Source: Lepidodermella squamata
Taxonomy: Eukaryota > Animalia > Gastrotricha
Direction: 5' to 3'
DNA length: 64,000 bases
NCBI GenBank assembly: GCA_047495785.1
Contig: JBLDXI010000032.1
Location: 1,364,001 to 1,428,000, forward strand
The position numbers and the translations under genes are program-made. The notes below the pieces were generated by a model. The model was not told the origin of the DNA and made no database searches. It saw only the letters and a program-made list of their open reading frames with translations. Positions 25,095-37,400 of the stretch are shown in pieces; positions within the stretch are counted from its first letter, which is position 1, and every line of letters begins with the position of its first letter.

Positions 25095-28000
25095 ATGAAG
25101 AGAAATGCTGCTGATCGGCAACCAGTTTTTCAGAGTGAAGAAAAATCCAAACTTCGCCGCTATCGAGGCCTGAGCGTTGTTAAAAATGCTGAAAATTTGC
25201 CGAATTTCGCCGAAAATGAACCAAATTTCGGAAGAAGAACCCCGCCCCTGAGAGAAAAATTCCTACATGAGCTGCCTATTGAGATATTATTTCTTATTTT
25301 TGATGAATTAAATGGTCAGTTGTACAGTTTTACGTTAATTTTCCTTGATTTTTCTTATTTCAAGTTCGTGACTTGGCCATGTTTGCCGCAGCTTCTCGAC
25401 GATCCTGTTCTCTAGTCTTTTCATTCGCCTCTCAAGCTTCGGTTAGGAGGAAGATTTTCCCCGAAGAACTGCGCCATCAAGGTGTTCCTGACGCAATCGC
25501 ATCTACTCAAAATAATCCCCGAACTACTGACCGCTCAAATCCCTGTGTTCATGAAGTTATTTCAGCCGACGTTGAATTATGTAAGATTGCCCCGAAAACA
25601 ATTGGCTGGAATTTACGGTCGATTTTTCAGCTCTTCTAGCTTTATTTTCGACCCTGAACAAAACTCCGTCAGATCGAGCTCGTGTTCTGACTTCTTGGTT
25701 TAGTGAGGTATAAAAATTTTATCAAATCGAATTTCTGGACTAATTTTTGACATTTTTTTAGCTCTTATGCGTTCCAAACAATTTTGCGGTGCCTGGTTGT
25801 TCGATTTCGACGCTTGGAAATTCGTGTCCGAAAATAGCTTTCTGCCTTGGGCTTTACGCTGCTGGTGCTTTCCTTTACATGATCACTGCTCGAGAGAAGA
25901 AACGAGCGGAGTGGCTGTCTACAATGTACAGTCAGATCAATTCGAAACTTGGCATTGAAAAAATGATTTATCGACTCGTTACATCGCCTTTAGGTGAGAC
26001 AGCTCTGTTATTTGTAATTAATATTTTTTACGAGCAGAAGTTGATTTTATACTCAAACTCTACCGCAATGAAAGGAATGGGTTTGCTAGGGTCATGATAT
26101 ATCCGAACACAATAGGACCGCATAAGTTAATTGTCTGCTTGAAACATATTGTCGATATATGCCTAAATGGAGATGAGAGATTTCGCTGTGCTGAGTTTTG
26201 CTTTCTGAGCATGTGGCATATTATGCTATGTTGCTACTTGAGCTTCGACAGCGGCCCAGAGTATTGTTCGACGGTTCCTTTTGGTGAGGCAGTTTGCCGC
26301 AGTTGCCGCATGAAATTAATTGACTTGATCAACGTGAGATTTGCTCAGCAATGGGCGATGAACGGGCTGTTGTGACTGATATTCGAAATTTGATCGCGAA
26401 ACGATAGAGAAAGTTTGTCGCGTTCTGTGTCTCCCACGACGACGGTGAACATTATTTTGAGAACAGCAGATAAACTGACCTATGTTTGCGGGACAGCATG
26501 AAACATCATGAAACAAACATCGTTTAAATGACGGCTCCAAACCAAAGCTTATGGTTGGAACTACACTATCAGGGTCACTAACCGCATCCGCCAGTCTAAG
26601 CTGGGCACGTGAGGGAAGTCCTGGGGCAGTGTGACCTGGTACGCTCTCGCTGGCCGAAGCCACTGGGTCGCACTCCCACCGTAGGTTTGGAAAACCTGAC
26701 GGACGTGAAGAAACAAAAGAAAGAGAGGTGTAGGAAAGTAGGTCGCAAGCAATCACATGCCAGTTTACACACTTTGGTGTAATTGTGGAGAAACTGGGTT
26801 TTCCTGTAAGGTTGTGGAGTAATTTTACTCCACATTCAGGAAGAGCTGATATTGAGCTCTTCGTGAGGATGATGGAAACCTCACTCGGAGGGGGAGACGT
26901 TGCTTCCCCGGTCGGGAATGAGGCGAGTACAGGTCGCGCGCTCCGAGATTCTGGGATCTCAGACGCCGCGATTCTGTCGCACTCACCCTCCCGCCGGTCG
27001 CTATGACTCAGCGGGGACGATGGCTGATAGCTGTCAGCCTCAGTAAGGCTAGTTGTTTGAGTTTTGGCGCCGATCGAGTGTTCTGAGCAGCTAAAAGAAA
27101 AAAAAAGAAAACTTCATAGCAATATTATCAGCAAGGCTAGAAACTCGAAATTGGGCTGTGGGTTCGGCCTGGACATCTGTCAAGTTAACGTTCGCTTGAG
27201 GTTCGCTTCAAGAACTCGAGTGATTTGGTATCCGCCAACGTAGTTGTGGAAACCGACTAAAGTGCACTGGTTATATTCCGCTGGCAACCCGTGTCGAAAC
27301 CTAGCTGTCCAGCCAGATCTCAGTTTTGCTTGATTCCAGCATGAAGGATGGCATTTTGTCCATTCCTCATGGGTAAAACTACCCGATGGGTGAAACTTAG
27401 CTACTATTGACTTCGAATCGATCCTTGGTGAAAATCGGGTGATAAGTCTTGAAATGGGTTGGGAATTTCATAAATTTCGGACCCGAATTAGCAAATTTTC
27501 GGCTTGTTTTGGAAAATGTGAGGGTTATTTAAACGTTAAAAATTTTGGAATTATTGTCAAATTCTAATAATTTTATCATTTTTAGGCAAATTTCCCGGTG
27601 AAGAGTTCTACCTGCGTGTGTTTATCCTGCGAATTTTCATCCTACCCGGCCTATGCAACTCCGACACGGCCTGGTCTGGGTTTTGGCTGGGCCGTTTTCT
27701 CCAGAAACTGACCTATTTCGAACGAGCCAAATTTGTGCTGCTTCTCGGCCTGCCTTGCTCGTATTCAAGCGGCGAAATCGAATGGCAATCCATCTCACCT
27801 GGAAATCTCGCGATAAACACGCAACTCGAGGCTGAACTAGCTTTCAAAGACATTGGCGATCTGCTACGATTGATCCACCTTGAAAAACTCATTCCAGACC
27901 AAGAATTCGCTGTGATGTTCGGTTACATTGTCAATTTCGGCCAGGAAAACGACGCGATGGACGCGCCACTCGCCGCGTTTTTACTCCATTTCGCCGGTTC

Positions 28001-28391
28001 GGATGTTGCCCATTGCGTCCTGGCGCTGTCCCTGGTTCACCCTGGCCGGCAACCGGGTCAAAGCGCGCTGACCTCAATGCGACTCGCCTATGTCGTTGAC
28101 GTGCTGTTCTACATGATTGGCGCGGCTTTTGTCACGCGACAGACTGTTAAATTCGCCGAAATTTTGGAGCTCATCAAAAAGTTGGCCGTCAGTTACGAAA
28201 GTGATGCTAATTTCGCGACGAATGTTTCGTTCAAACTCGGACATCGGCTTGCGAATGAGTTGTGCCTCGAGAATTCTACGTTTCGAACGCAGCTGCAGCA
28301 AGGCGAAGCTGGGCAAATCGGCGCTGGGCAAGATTCGCTGCTCTTCATTGGCCATTTGATGTCGATTCTCTTTCAAAGGAGCGTCCGTTGA
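25095..28391 (+). CDS. FBXO47: F-box only protein 47-like (exons approx. 25095-25314, 25365-25580, 25631-25707, 25762-25993, 27586-28391)
   Basis: F-box LPIEILFLIFDEL..RDLAM. The C-terminal SGFWLGRFL...RAKFVLLLGLP...GEIEWQ block resembles FBXO47. Confidence 0.65.
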
Positions 28392-29868
28392 GCATTTGCT
28401 ATTGTTATTGTTGACTTTGATATTGATAAACAAAATATTATTTGAATTTGTGCTCAATTTTATTTCCACGCTGATTTGATTATTATTTGAACTCATTCAT
28501 TTTTCGCCAAAGATTTGGCTATTTCAATGCGAGAAGCTCATTTCCCACGTTGAATTTCATTCGCTTTGTTTTTGTTCCATATGAGTGATGAGAGATTAAA
28601 TAAATGTAACTTTTGATGTTCTTTTTACCTATGATTGAGGCTAAAAATCGATGCAGAAAAAGTGCTCTATGGGAAATACAGAAAAACTTTTTAATTGAAA
28701 AATGAAGGTGGATTTCCAAGCTTTTCATAGTCAATTCATCTGCAATATTGTGGCAACAGGCCATAATTTCAGCACCTAATGTTTGCCGGTAGAGCTTCGA
28801 TACTTAATCGGCTTTCTTTTGCTTTATTGAAGGTCACTTGGTGAAGATCAGGAAACTCTTGAAATCGCTTACAACTTCGAAAAATATTCAAGGCTTGATC
28901 AGATTTATTGTCATTTATTGTTCAACACAACTTTCAAATTAAAAAAAAATACACTTTTGTGGCAACAAACTAGGTCACAACATTTTATTCACAAAAACAT
29001 CATCATCACATGTTCCAGCCGTCAGACAGTTCCTTCATTTTCTTTCATTTCAAGCTGAGTGTCTAACAAAATGTTACAATTGTTGCATAATTGGAAGCAT
29101 CCGGGGGCGTGAGTCGTCAAGAGTGAGAATTTAGCATTTGTAAGCGATAAATTCAATGATATCACTGGATCCGCCGAAGATGACTGAGACAACGCTTAGA
29201 GACTGATTGCCGAGATCCAATTCAGATATTGATCACCGGTTTGCCCAAGCCCGTTTTTAGCCCTCGAGATACCATCACGAATGGAAACCTACGACAGGTA
29301 ACCAGACTCTGAGAGAGACCAAAGTTCGAATTTAGGAGGAGGTCAGGGTGGCGACTGTCCGGAACCCGCGGATGAAGATGAGGTACCTTCTTGAAGACAT
29401 CCAATATTGCTTCGATCTGGACCGATTCTTTCTGGATCTATTTTTTCGAAAAGGTCCAATGTAAATGTTGAATTATTTTAGACAATTAGCGGTTCAGACT
29501 ATTGTTATCTATTTAGCCTCTAAATAACAACTGCCTAATTTATATTGTTATGCACTCTCAAGTTATCTGCGAATGCTATCTTTAATGGTGAAACTGCCGG
29601 CTACATGGTGTGTGCTCATCAGTGTTGGTCTGAACGCATGCCATTATTCATTATCACTAGCTGTCTGCTATCGCAGTTCTAGTATGAAAGAAAAAATCAG
29701 AACATGACAAAAACTGGATTTAGAATCCGTTGCCTTTTTTGCTCCCGCTTGCTGAATTTATTGTTTTGTTTTTTAATTCTTGTTGCTCCTTTGAAGTATT
29801 TTCAGATTTTTATACTTGCTGAATGAAATACTGATTTCACGTTTACCTAGGGGCCGATTTATTGAAAA

Positions 29869-32553
29869 ATGGACAGTTACGGCCGGTACGCAAAAACTCA
29901 AAATAAGCATGAGAACAGTAGCCTTTTACAGCCACTTCTCGGCTCGCAGTCGGTCTCATCGTACCATGGAAAGGCGTCGAGTTATCACGTGTCTCTGATC
30001 CAGTCGATAGGTCTCGCCCCGGTCACGAAAGTACCGGCCGGTGAACAGCCTCAGATATCGAAAAATAAAGCAAGATTCATCCTTGTCATCTTTCTGATTC
30101 TCGTCTTCCTCGGATCCTGCCTATTCTCCGTCGTCGCGCCTTTTTTCCCGAGTCGAGCGTTGGAGAAGGGCATGAGTCAAACGCTATCCGGTCTCGTTAT
30201 CGGCTCCAATCAACTGATTCAATTCGCCGCCTCAATTTTCTTTGCCTTCACTATGTTTCATTTCGGTCTCAGATTTATGTTAGTCATGGGCGTTGTCTGG
30301 GCCAGTGTTTGCAATATCCTCTTCGGCCTGCTTGATTTAGCGCCTCCCGGTGATGTTTATATCGCTCTGTGTTTTCTAGTTCGACTCTTTCAAGGCTTCG
30401 GCATTGCGGCGTACTACATTGCCAGCTTTACGACTGCCGCGATGTTATTCACTGATAACTATGGATTCGTGGTGGGTCTCCTGGAAACCTTTATTTCGCT
30501 CGGATATCTATTAGGCCCTACAATTGGAGGTGCTTTGTACGCGGTAATTTTTCTATAAAAGCATAATTCTTTGCGAAAAAATTGGTCTAAAACTTGATTG
30601 AACTTGACGGTTTTGATGAAGGTGGACAAAGTTTAGAATGACGCAATTAATGGTGATATGATATGAATGAATGAATCTCTCAAATTCATATCCGATTGAT
30701 ATATTTTCAGACCCATCATGGCTTGCTATGCGTGTTCGAAAAAATATATCAGATTTTGGTTTTTTTTTAAACTTTTCGAACATTTCTGGAAAGTGAGCCA
30801 ATTAATTGGTAGACAATTAATTAGCATAATTATTTATTAGTATTTAGTATTATATTATTAATTCGACTTGTTCGATTAGTTAGTTAATTAGTAGTATTAA
30901 GTGTTCGACGTTCGACGAAGCAGCCGACATTTCTGACCTACAGACTACAGCTCCTAAATATAGTGGTCTTGGCCTTCCGAAAGCTACGTGTGAAGCTTAT
31001 CTTCAAATATATAATATTTGCAGAAATTTGTCAGTTAACGGCGAAACCCTGGTATAGGCCTGCGGAATTCTTGAGAAGGAAATGGAAGAATGTCTAACGA
31101 AATTTGATGTCGACCTTGATGAGCTTGATCATCAGGATGAGTCGGAAAACGACGATCGATTCGACGCGGAGAAAAATCTTCCTCCGAATACTGAGATTAT
31201 ACCTGGCACTCTTCGACTGCGCGAATTTGATCAAAAAGGATAGGGATGGCCCAATGCGTGCTGCGTGACCAAGACAAACAATTGGATTTTTCGGAGAAAT
31301 GGGATAAGCGTAGCTGAATGGATCATGGCGATCAAAAAGTCTACACGTCTCCGGGTACCAGGTGTTAGTCACGACAGCCTGTTAGTCAGGACGGAAACCA
31401 GTGTTGTCGACGCGGCGCAGAGATTGAATCTCTTGCCCATGAATTCCATGAAATTCCATGAAAAACTGACAGCTCGAAGCTCGATAGCCTGGCTGATGAT
31501 TTCTACGAATTCATCCGGATGTATAATATATTCTATAGTAGAAGAAATAGAGCGATTGCAAATTTTAGTGAAATCAGAAACTTTGGGAAATGTGTGCATT
31601 GGTCCCCAGCATAGCATACGGTTGCCGATTTTCAGATTCCTTGCTTAATTTGCTGGGAAATGCAAAAATTCAATTATTTTGCTAGGCTGAAAAAGATTCC
31701 GCCGTGAAAGGGTTAACCTTTTTCAATTTGTTAGTATTTTTCATACTTCTGATATTTTTATTAGGCTGGCGGGTATATCTTTCCTTTCATTGTTCTCGGC
31801 GTGATTCTGTTCTGCTTCGCGCCTGTCGTTTATTTCACACTACCAGCTGTCATTCGCGGCGAGCAGGATGTTAAGGAAAGCCCAGCCAGGGTGTTCAAAG
31901 TCATGTTCAAACCCGCTCTCCTCATCATCCTCTACACGATGATAGCCGCAGCCATGACCTCTGTGTTCACGGAAACAACCCTCGGCGTTCGTCTGGAATC
32001 ATTCGACGTCACTGATCCACTTATTGTCGGTCTAGTCTACCTTTCATCATCTGGGGCTTTCTCAATAATGGCGCCTATCGCCGGTCGAATTTCCGATAAA
32101 TACGACCTCGGCTGGTTGGTGATGCTGTGCGGCACGTTGTCGTGTACAATCGGCTATTTGATTGTTGGGCCTAGCCCGATTTTCGACGGGCTCATCCCAC
32201 CAGGGCTGCCCCAGGTGATTATCGGCTGCTTCCTCGCGCACTGCGGCCTTTCCGCTGTTCAAATCCCGAGCACGAAAGAGCTGCAACGCCAGGCTCAAGT
32301 CTACGGTCTTGACCCGAATGACCCGTCAATTCTTTCGTTCATTTCGGCTGTTTTTGAAGTAACATTTGGCTTGGGCGGTTTTCTAGGCGCGACCGTTGCT
32401 GGAACTTTGATGGAGAACATTGGTTTTGAACTTGCGACTACGATTCAAGCGGCGATTATTTTCTCATGTTTTTTCCTTCAAATTTACAATATTATCAAAT
32501 TCGGTATTCTGAGAGAATTCCTTTCAAGATGGCGCGGCCGCCGTGGCACTTAA
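29869..32553 (+). CDS. SLC18B1: SLC18B1-like MFS transporter, copy 5 (exons 29869-30543, 31765-32553), recent duplicate of copy 1
   Basis: Protein nearly identical to copy 1, with the same single intron position. Confidence 0.88.
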
Positions 32554-32739
32554 TTGCTCACTAATTGTTGACAACGATATTAAATATTCCAATCAATGTG
32601 CAATCAGTTTCTTTCCTCGATTACTTTGTGATTCTTTTGAAATAAAGCAAAATCGATTTTTTATAACTACGACAGAACAATCCTGAAAGTCATTTTTGGT
32701 TATTTTGTGTCTTTTTTGTTTGTACTGAGAGACAAACCG

Positions 32740-32995
32740 CTGACTCCGATGCGACTCGCCTATGTCATTGATGTGCTGTTCTACATGATAGGCGCGTCAA
32801 ACTGTTAAGTTCGCCGAAATTCTGGAGCTCATCAAAAATTTGGCCGTCAGTTGCGAATGAGTTGTGCCTTGAGAATTCAACCTTTCGAAAGCAGCTGCAA
32901 CAAGGCGAGGCTGAGCAAATCGGCGGTGGGCAAGATTCGCTGCTCTTCATTTTGGCCATTTGATGTCGATTCTCTTTCAAAGGAGCGTCCGTTGA
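32740..32995 (+). pseudogene. Decayed fragment of the FBXO47 last exon
   Basis: Matches 28068-28391 (atgcgactcgcctatgtc...caaaggagcgtccgttga) with deletions and frameshifts. Confidence 0.85.
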
Positions 32996-34480
32996 ACCTT
33001 TGATATTGTTATTGTTGACTTAGACAAACAAAACATTTGAATTTTCACTCAATTCTATTGTTCCATACGAGAGATTAAATAAATTTAACTTGTGATTTTC
33101 TCTTTTCGCATTCCTCCATGGGAACAACTCCATCTGGGTCGAGAAATTTGTTCAACAAATTGGCGCCACGAACTATTGACGGTTCTGCCTATCAGGTTTT
33201 TGACAGCAATTTCGCGTTTCCTAGATTTTCATTCTCAGTAACGTTCGCCGGGAGAGCGTCGATCTGAATCAGCTTTCGGCTTGAAAGTCAAACTTGAAAA
33301 TATCGCTGAAAATATTCGAAGCTTGATTGAGATCAGATCTATTGCTAGCTATTATGCAAATGCAGCTCGGAATTTCCATTTTCTCAAAAAATGCATAACT
33401 CCGTTATTCGTGCCAAGGTCGGACAATTTTATTCACAGAAGCATCTCACATCTCATACTTCATCCTCAACGCAACAATAAATTTGTTAGGTATGGTAAAA
33501 AAGGACATTAGTAGTTGAATATTGGCTCAGTAATCATGGAAGCGGGGCCTTGCAAGCAAAATGGACATATGAATAGTTTACTCTTTGAACATGTGTTGGA
33601 AATCCTCGTAAAAATGTTAATTGACTTGTTGAGCGTAAATAACCGAGTTTCTACAACATGAACTGGAGCTTTTCTAATAGGTGCCATATGATAGCAGAGT
33701 GATTAGGTAGCAGCTCAGTGCACTTCGATGATGAATAGAAGAGAGAAACCCAACAAAGAAAACGTGTTCTAGGGTTTACATTTGTTATGAAAATAATTCA
33801 TTCACAGTCACCTAAGATTATATCAATTAGAATGATTTTTTTTCTGGTGTAGGCTGAAGTGGCCACAACGCGTTGCGAATGGAGCTGAAGTTACTTCTTT
33901 GCTAAACGCTTAAATCGATCCTCTCACTTTTCAAATTTAAATTCGTAAATTTTCTCCACAAATATTTCTCGCAATAATAACCCGCTTGATGTGAATGTTT
34001 TTTTTAACAAGCAGCAGCCAAATTAATTATCGAATCGGCCTCGAAACGAATTTGGGCTGCGTTCACGAGCGCGGTCAGCTAATTCAACAACAACGTGTAT
34101 TATCTGCAATAATTTGTGTTAATAATTTCCAATTTGTTTCCACGTGCTCGACATGGTTGGCTAAACGCCCTGGCTGAAAGTGACCTTCTCGCAATCTTGA
34201 TGCCTTCAAACATAGTTCCGCTGCTTAGAGCTACGTAAATAACTTGCTATTATCAACCAAAGTTCGGTGACATGCGAAAATTGGAGCGAAGAAATTTTTT
34301 AGGCCCTGTTTTACGGGCGAGAAGCTATTAGAATTCGGCGAACAGCCGGTGTCGATCACAGATGTTGTGATAAATTTAAAATCATCGTCTTAATCAATAA
34401 CAGCAATTTTCTCTGCGGAAACTTATTTCTGTGACTGTGAAATAGATACATGAATTGAATGCAAGCTAATTCAGTTTCAC

Positions 34481-37400
34481 TTAGGTAGTTATCGCCTTCG
34501 TCAGGATTTCGATAGTTTGTCGTTGTTCATTAGAATTCTTCATATGACTCCAACGAGGGTTTTTAGCCTCCTCCAGTGCAGTTTGTCCCTTCTTGTTCTT
34601 CAGGTTTGCTTTGGCTTTTAATTTATTCACAAGAAGATCGACAACAGCAGGCTCTGTGTGATAGGCAGCTGTCATCAGTGGTGTATCGCCATCCTTAGCT
34701 GCCGCGTTGACGTCGGCTTTGAACTTGCCCGCCAGCAGTTCCACGACTTCAGCTTTGCCATTCAAGGCGGCCACGTACAATGGCGTCCAGCCATACGTAT
34801 TTGTCGCGTTGACGTCGGCTTTGAACTTGTCCGCCAGCAGTTCCACGACGTCAGCTTTGCCATAACTGGCGGCCGAGTGCAATGGCGTCTCGCCATCGTT
34901 ATCTGCCGCGTTGACGTCGGCTTTAAACTTGCCCGCTAGCAGTTCCACGACGTCAGCTTTGCCTTTCCAGGCGGCCGAGTGCAATGGCGTCTCGTCATCG
35001 ATATCTGCCGCGTTGACGTCGGCTTTGAACTTGCCCGCCAGCAGTTCCACGACGTCAGCTTCGCCATTGAAAGCGGCCCAGTGCACTGGTGTCCTGCCAT
35101 CCGTAGCTGCTGCGTTGACGTCGGCTTTGAACTTGCCCGCCAGCAGTTCTACGACGTCAGCTTTGCCATTCAAGGCGGCCCAGTGCAATGGCGTCATGCC
35201 ATCCTTATGTGCCGCGTTGACGTCGGCTTTGAACTTGCCCGCCAGCAGCTCAACAATTTCAACATGGCCTTTTTCTGCTGCAGCGCTAAGTGCAGTTGCT
35301 TCTTTGACATCATACAAACCTAATAACTTAGTTTCACAATATTTGCCGTTGACATCCAGTCCCAATCGGTCCCGATATTGTAGCAGTTGCGACATTCTGG
35401 CTGCATCATTTTCAACTGCACATCGCCCAAATTCCTTTTTCAGTAATCACACCGAAAAAATAAATATCAATACTTATCAATTTATCAAATTATATCAATG
35501 TTTTGTTCGGAAAAAAGAGCAACCTTGATAGCTTCCTCTTTGCTTTTCGGGAGATCGACCGTCTAAATTATTTGGAAATAATTCAAAAATGAATAGCTTA
35601 ACAGCCTATGAAAACTCTACCGGGCTCGAAGCCTCCGGCTCGACTTTCTCTTGCGATTTAGACCTCGACCATTCCTCTGTCCCTTTGTTCGGCTTGTCTG
35701 ATTGAGGAGTGACCGGCTGTTTTGGTTGCCTTTCGACTACGATATCTCGCCGTAGAAATGCGCGACTCAGTGCTTGATCAATGGTCGGCCGGCTGCAGCT
35801 CTGCTTCTCCAACAGCGACATGATGAAGTCGCGGCACTCGGCCGAGTAGCCTCGAGAATCGTCAAATGGCCGCGGCGGTTGTCTGGTAGGAAAAACGGCA
35901 TAACGTAAGGAAAATGAGCTTTGAAATGGCTTCAAATTGAAACCTTCCTTCGAAATGATATATTTTTCTAATGCTTCATACATCTTTTCCCAGATAAATT
36001 CGCCTCGCCACCATTGGCAAATCTATTTTTGCCAACCTATTTTTAGATGACCCCTAGGGGGTACTAACGGGGTGGTGATCGTACGGACCTTAACTTAAGT
36101 GGTAACTTTTCAGATAAGTTCACTTTGCTAAGTTGACCTTAAATTGGTGTGTGATCGAAACTCACCTTATCAAAGGCGCCCTTAGTTAAGGTCCACTTAA
36201 AGGAATGTTATCGTACCTTATCCGGATATCGATACCGTTCTATCACCAACCTTAACTTTTTAGTGAGATTCGTAAGTTGAGTGATCAAAGTTAAAGTGAC
36301 CTTAAGTGATTGCGCAACAATGCCAAAAGATGGCCTGATTTCTAGAGACAAATTTGTGTCCCAATTATCAGTCCGATATTTTTATTGGTCAAGATTAGAA
36401 GCTTTGTAATCGATCCTATTTTATTTCTAGTATTGCGGAACCCATATTTTCTCCGCGATGCTCCACTAATTCAAGATTGCTCACCTGTCCGTAGCCGCTA
36501 AAACTTTCACTAAGATAAGAAAAATCGTGATACGATCACCCAACTTATCTTTTCTTCATTGTCGATAATTATTTTGGCGCAATTTACAGGAAGACTCGAC
36601 ACCACTGCCTTGGCATAGGTCCGCAGTGGCACGATAGAGTCTTCGACGCCCGGTAAACCCGGTTTTTCCACGTGAAATATCGACAACCAGTTGGCTGAGG
36701 GACCTCTCGAGGTCCCTTACACTTAGGGGTGTGACAACCCTTAACTTATTTTCTTAAGTCCATTTTAAGGCGTCTTTTTCTTTCGATCACTTACTTATTG
36801 TTAAAAAGTACAAAATGTTTACTTATTTCCTTAACTTGAGCGTTCGATCACACTTCGACTTAAGTTGACCTTATTTCGCAAAAACAGTTAAAGATAAGGG
36901 CGACCTTAACTTTCGATCACCAACCTTAGCACTTGAGGAATTAAGGTGGGGTTAAGGAGCTTACGATCACCACCCCGTAAGGGGGAAAAACATGCAGAAA
37001 AACGCGAAATTTTAATTTCTCGTCGTTCACTTTTCTAGAGGGGGGTCTGCAAATAAGCGAAAATTCTCGTACGCGAAGGGGAGAGGGTGATCGGGACAAT
37101 TTTTTTTATAACCAAACGATTCCTCATCATTCGATTTGTTTTCTTCACATTTCACGTGGAATCCGGTCAAAATCTAAGCGGATGCGGGCATTAAAAAAAT
37201 TGCCATCTGGCGAATAGAGGGTGGAAATTCTTATGCTTGAACTACAGGCTAACCCAGGTGTCTTAGTGATCACCGTAGCGAAAGAGCCGTCAAAGCGCCC
37301 GTGGAGAGTTGAAAGTCCAACAGGATTGAGGCTTCTTTGATAGAATTTATAGGTAATCAGAGTGAGCGCAAAAATAGATGAAACGTACCAGCCTCGATCA

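Larger units (their letters stand above)
29428..33100 (+). repeat. Segmental duplicate of ~6959-11050 joined to ~28068-28620
   Basis: Upstream region, exons and 3' UTR align by eye with SLC18B1 copy 1, followed by a decayed copy of the FBXO47 3' end. Confidence 0.9.

Noticed and set aside
34690-35250. Constant/variable alternation resembling a CRISPR array
   Set aside because: It is an in-frame ankyrin coding repeat; the variable parts are homologous to each other and there are no cas genes.
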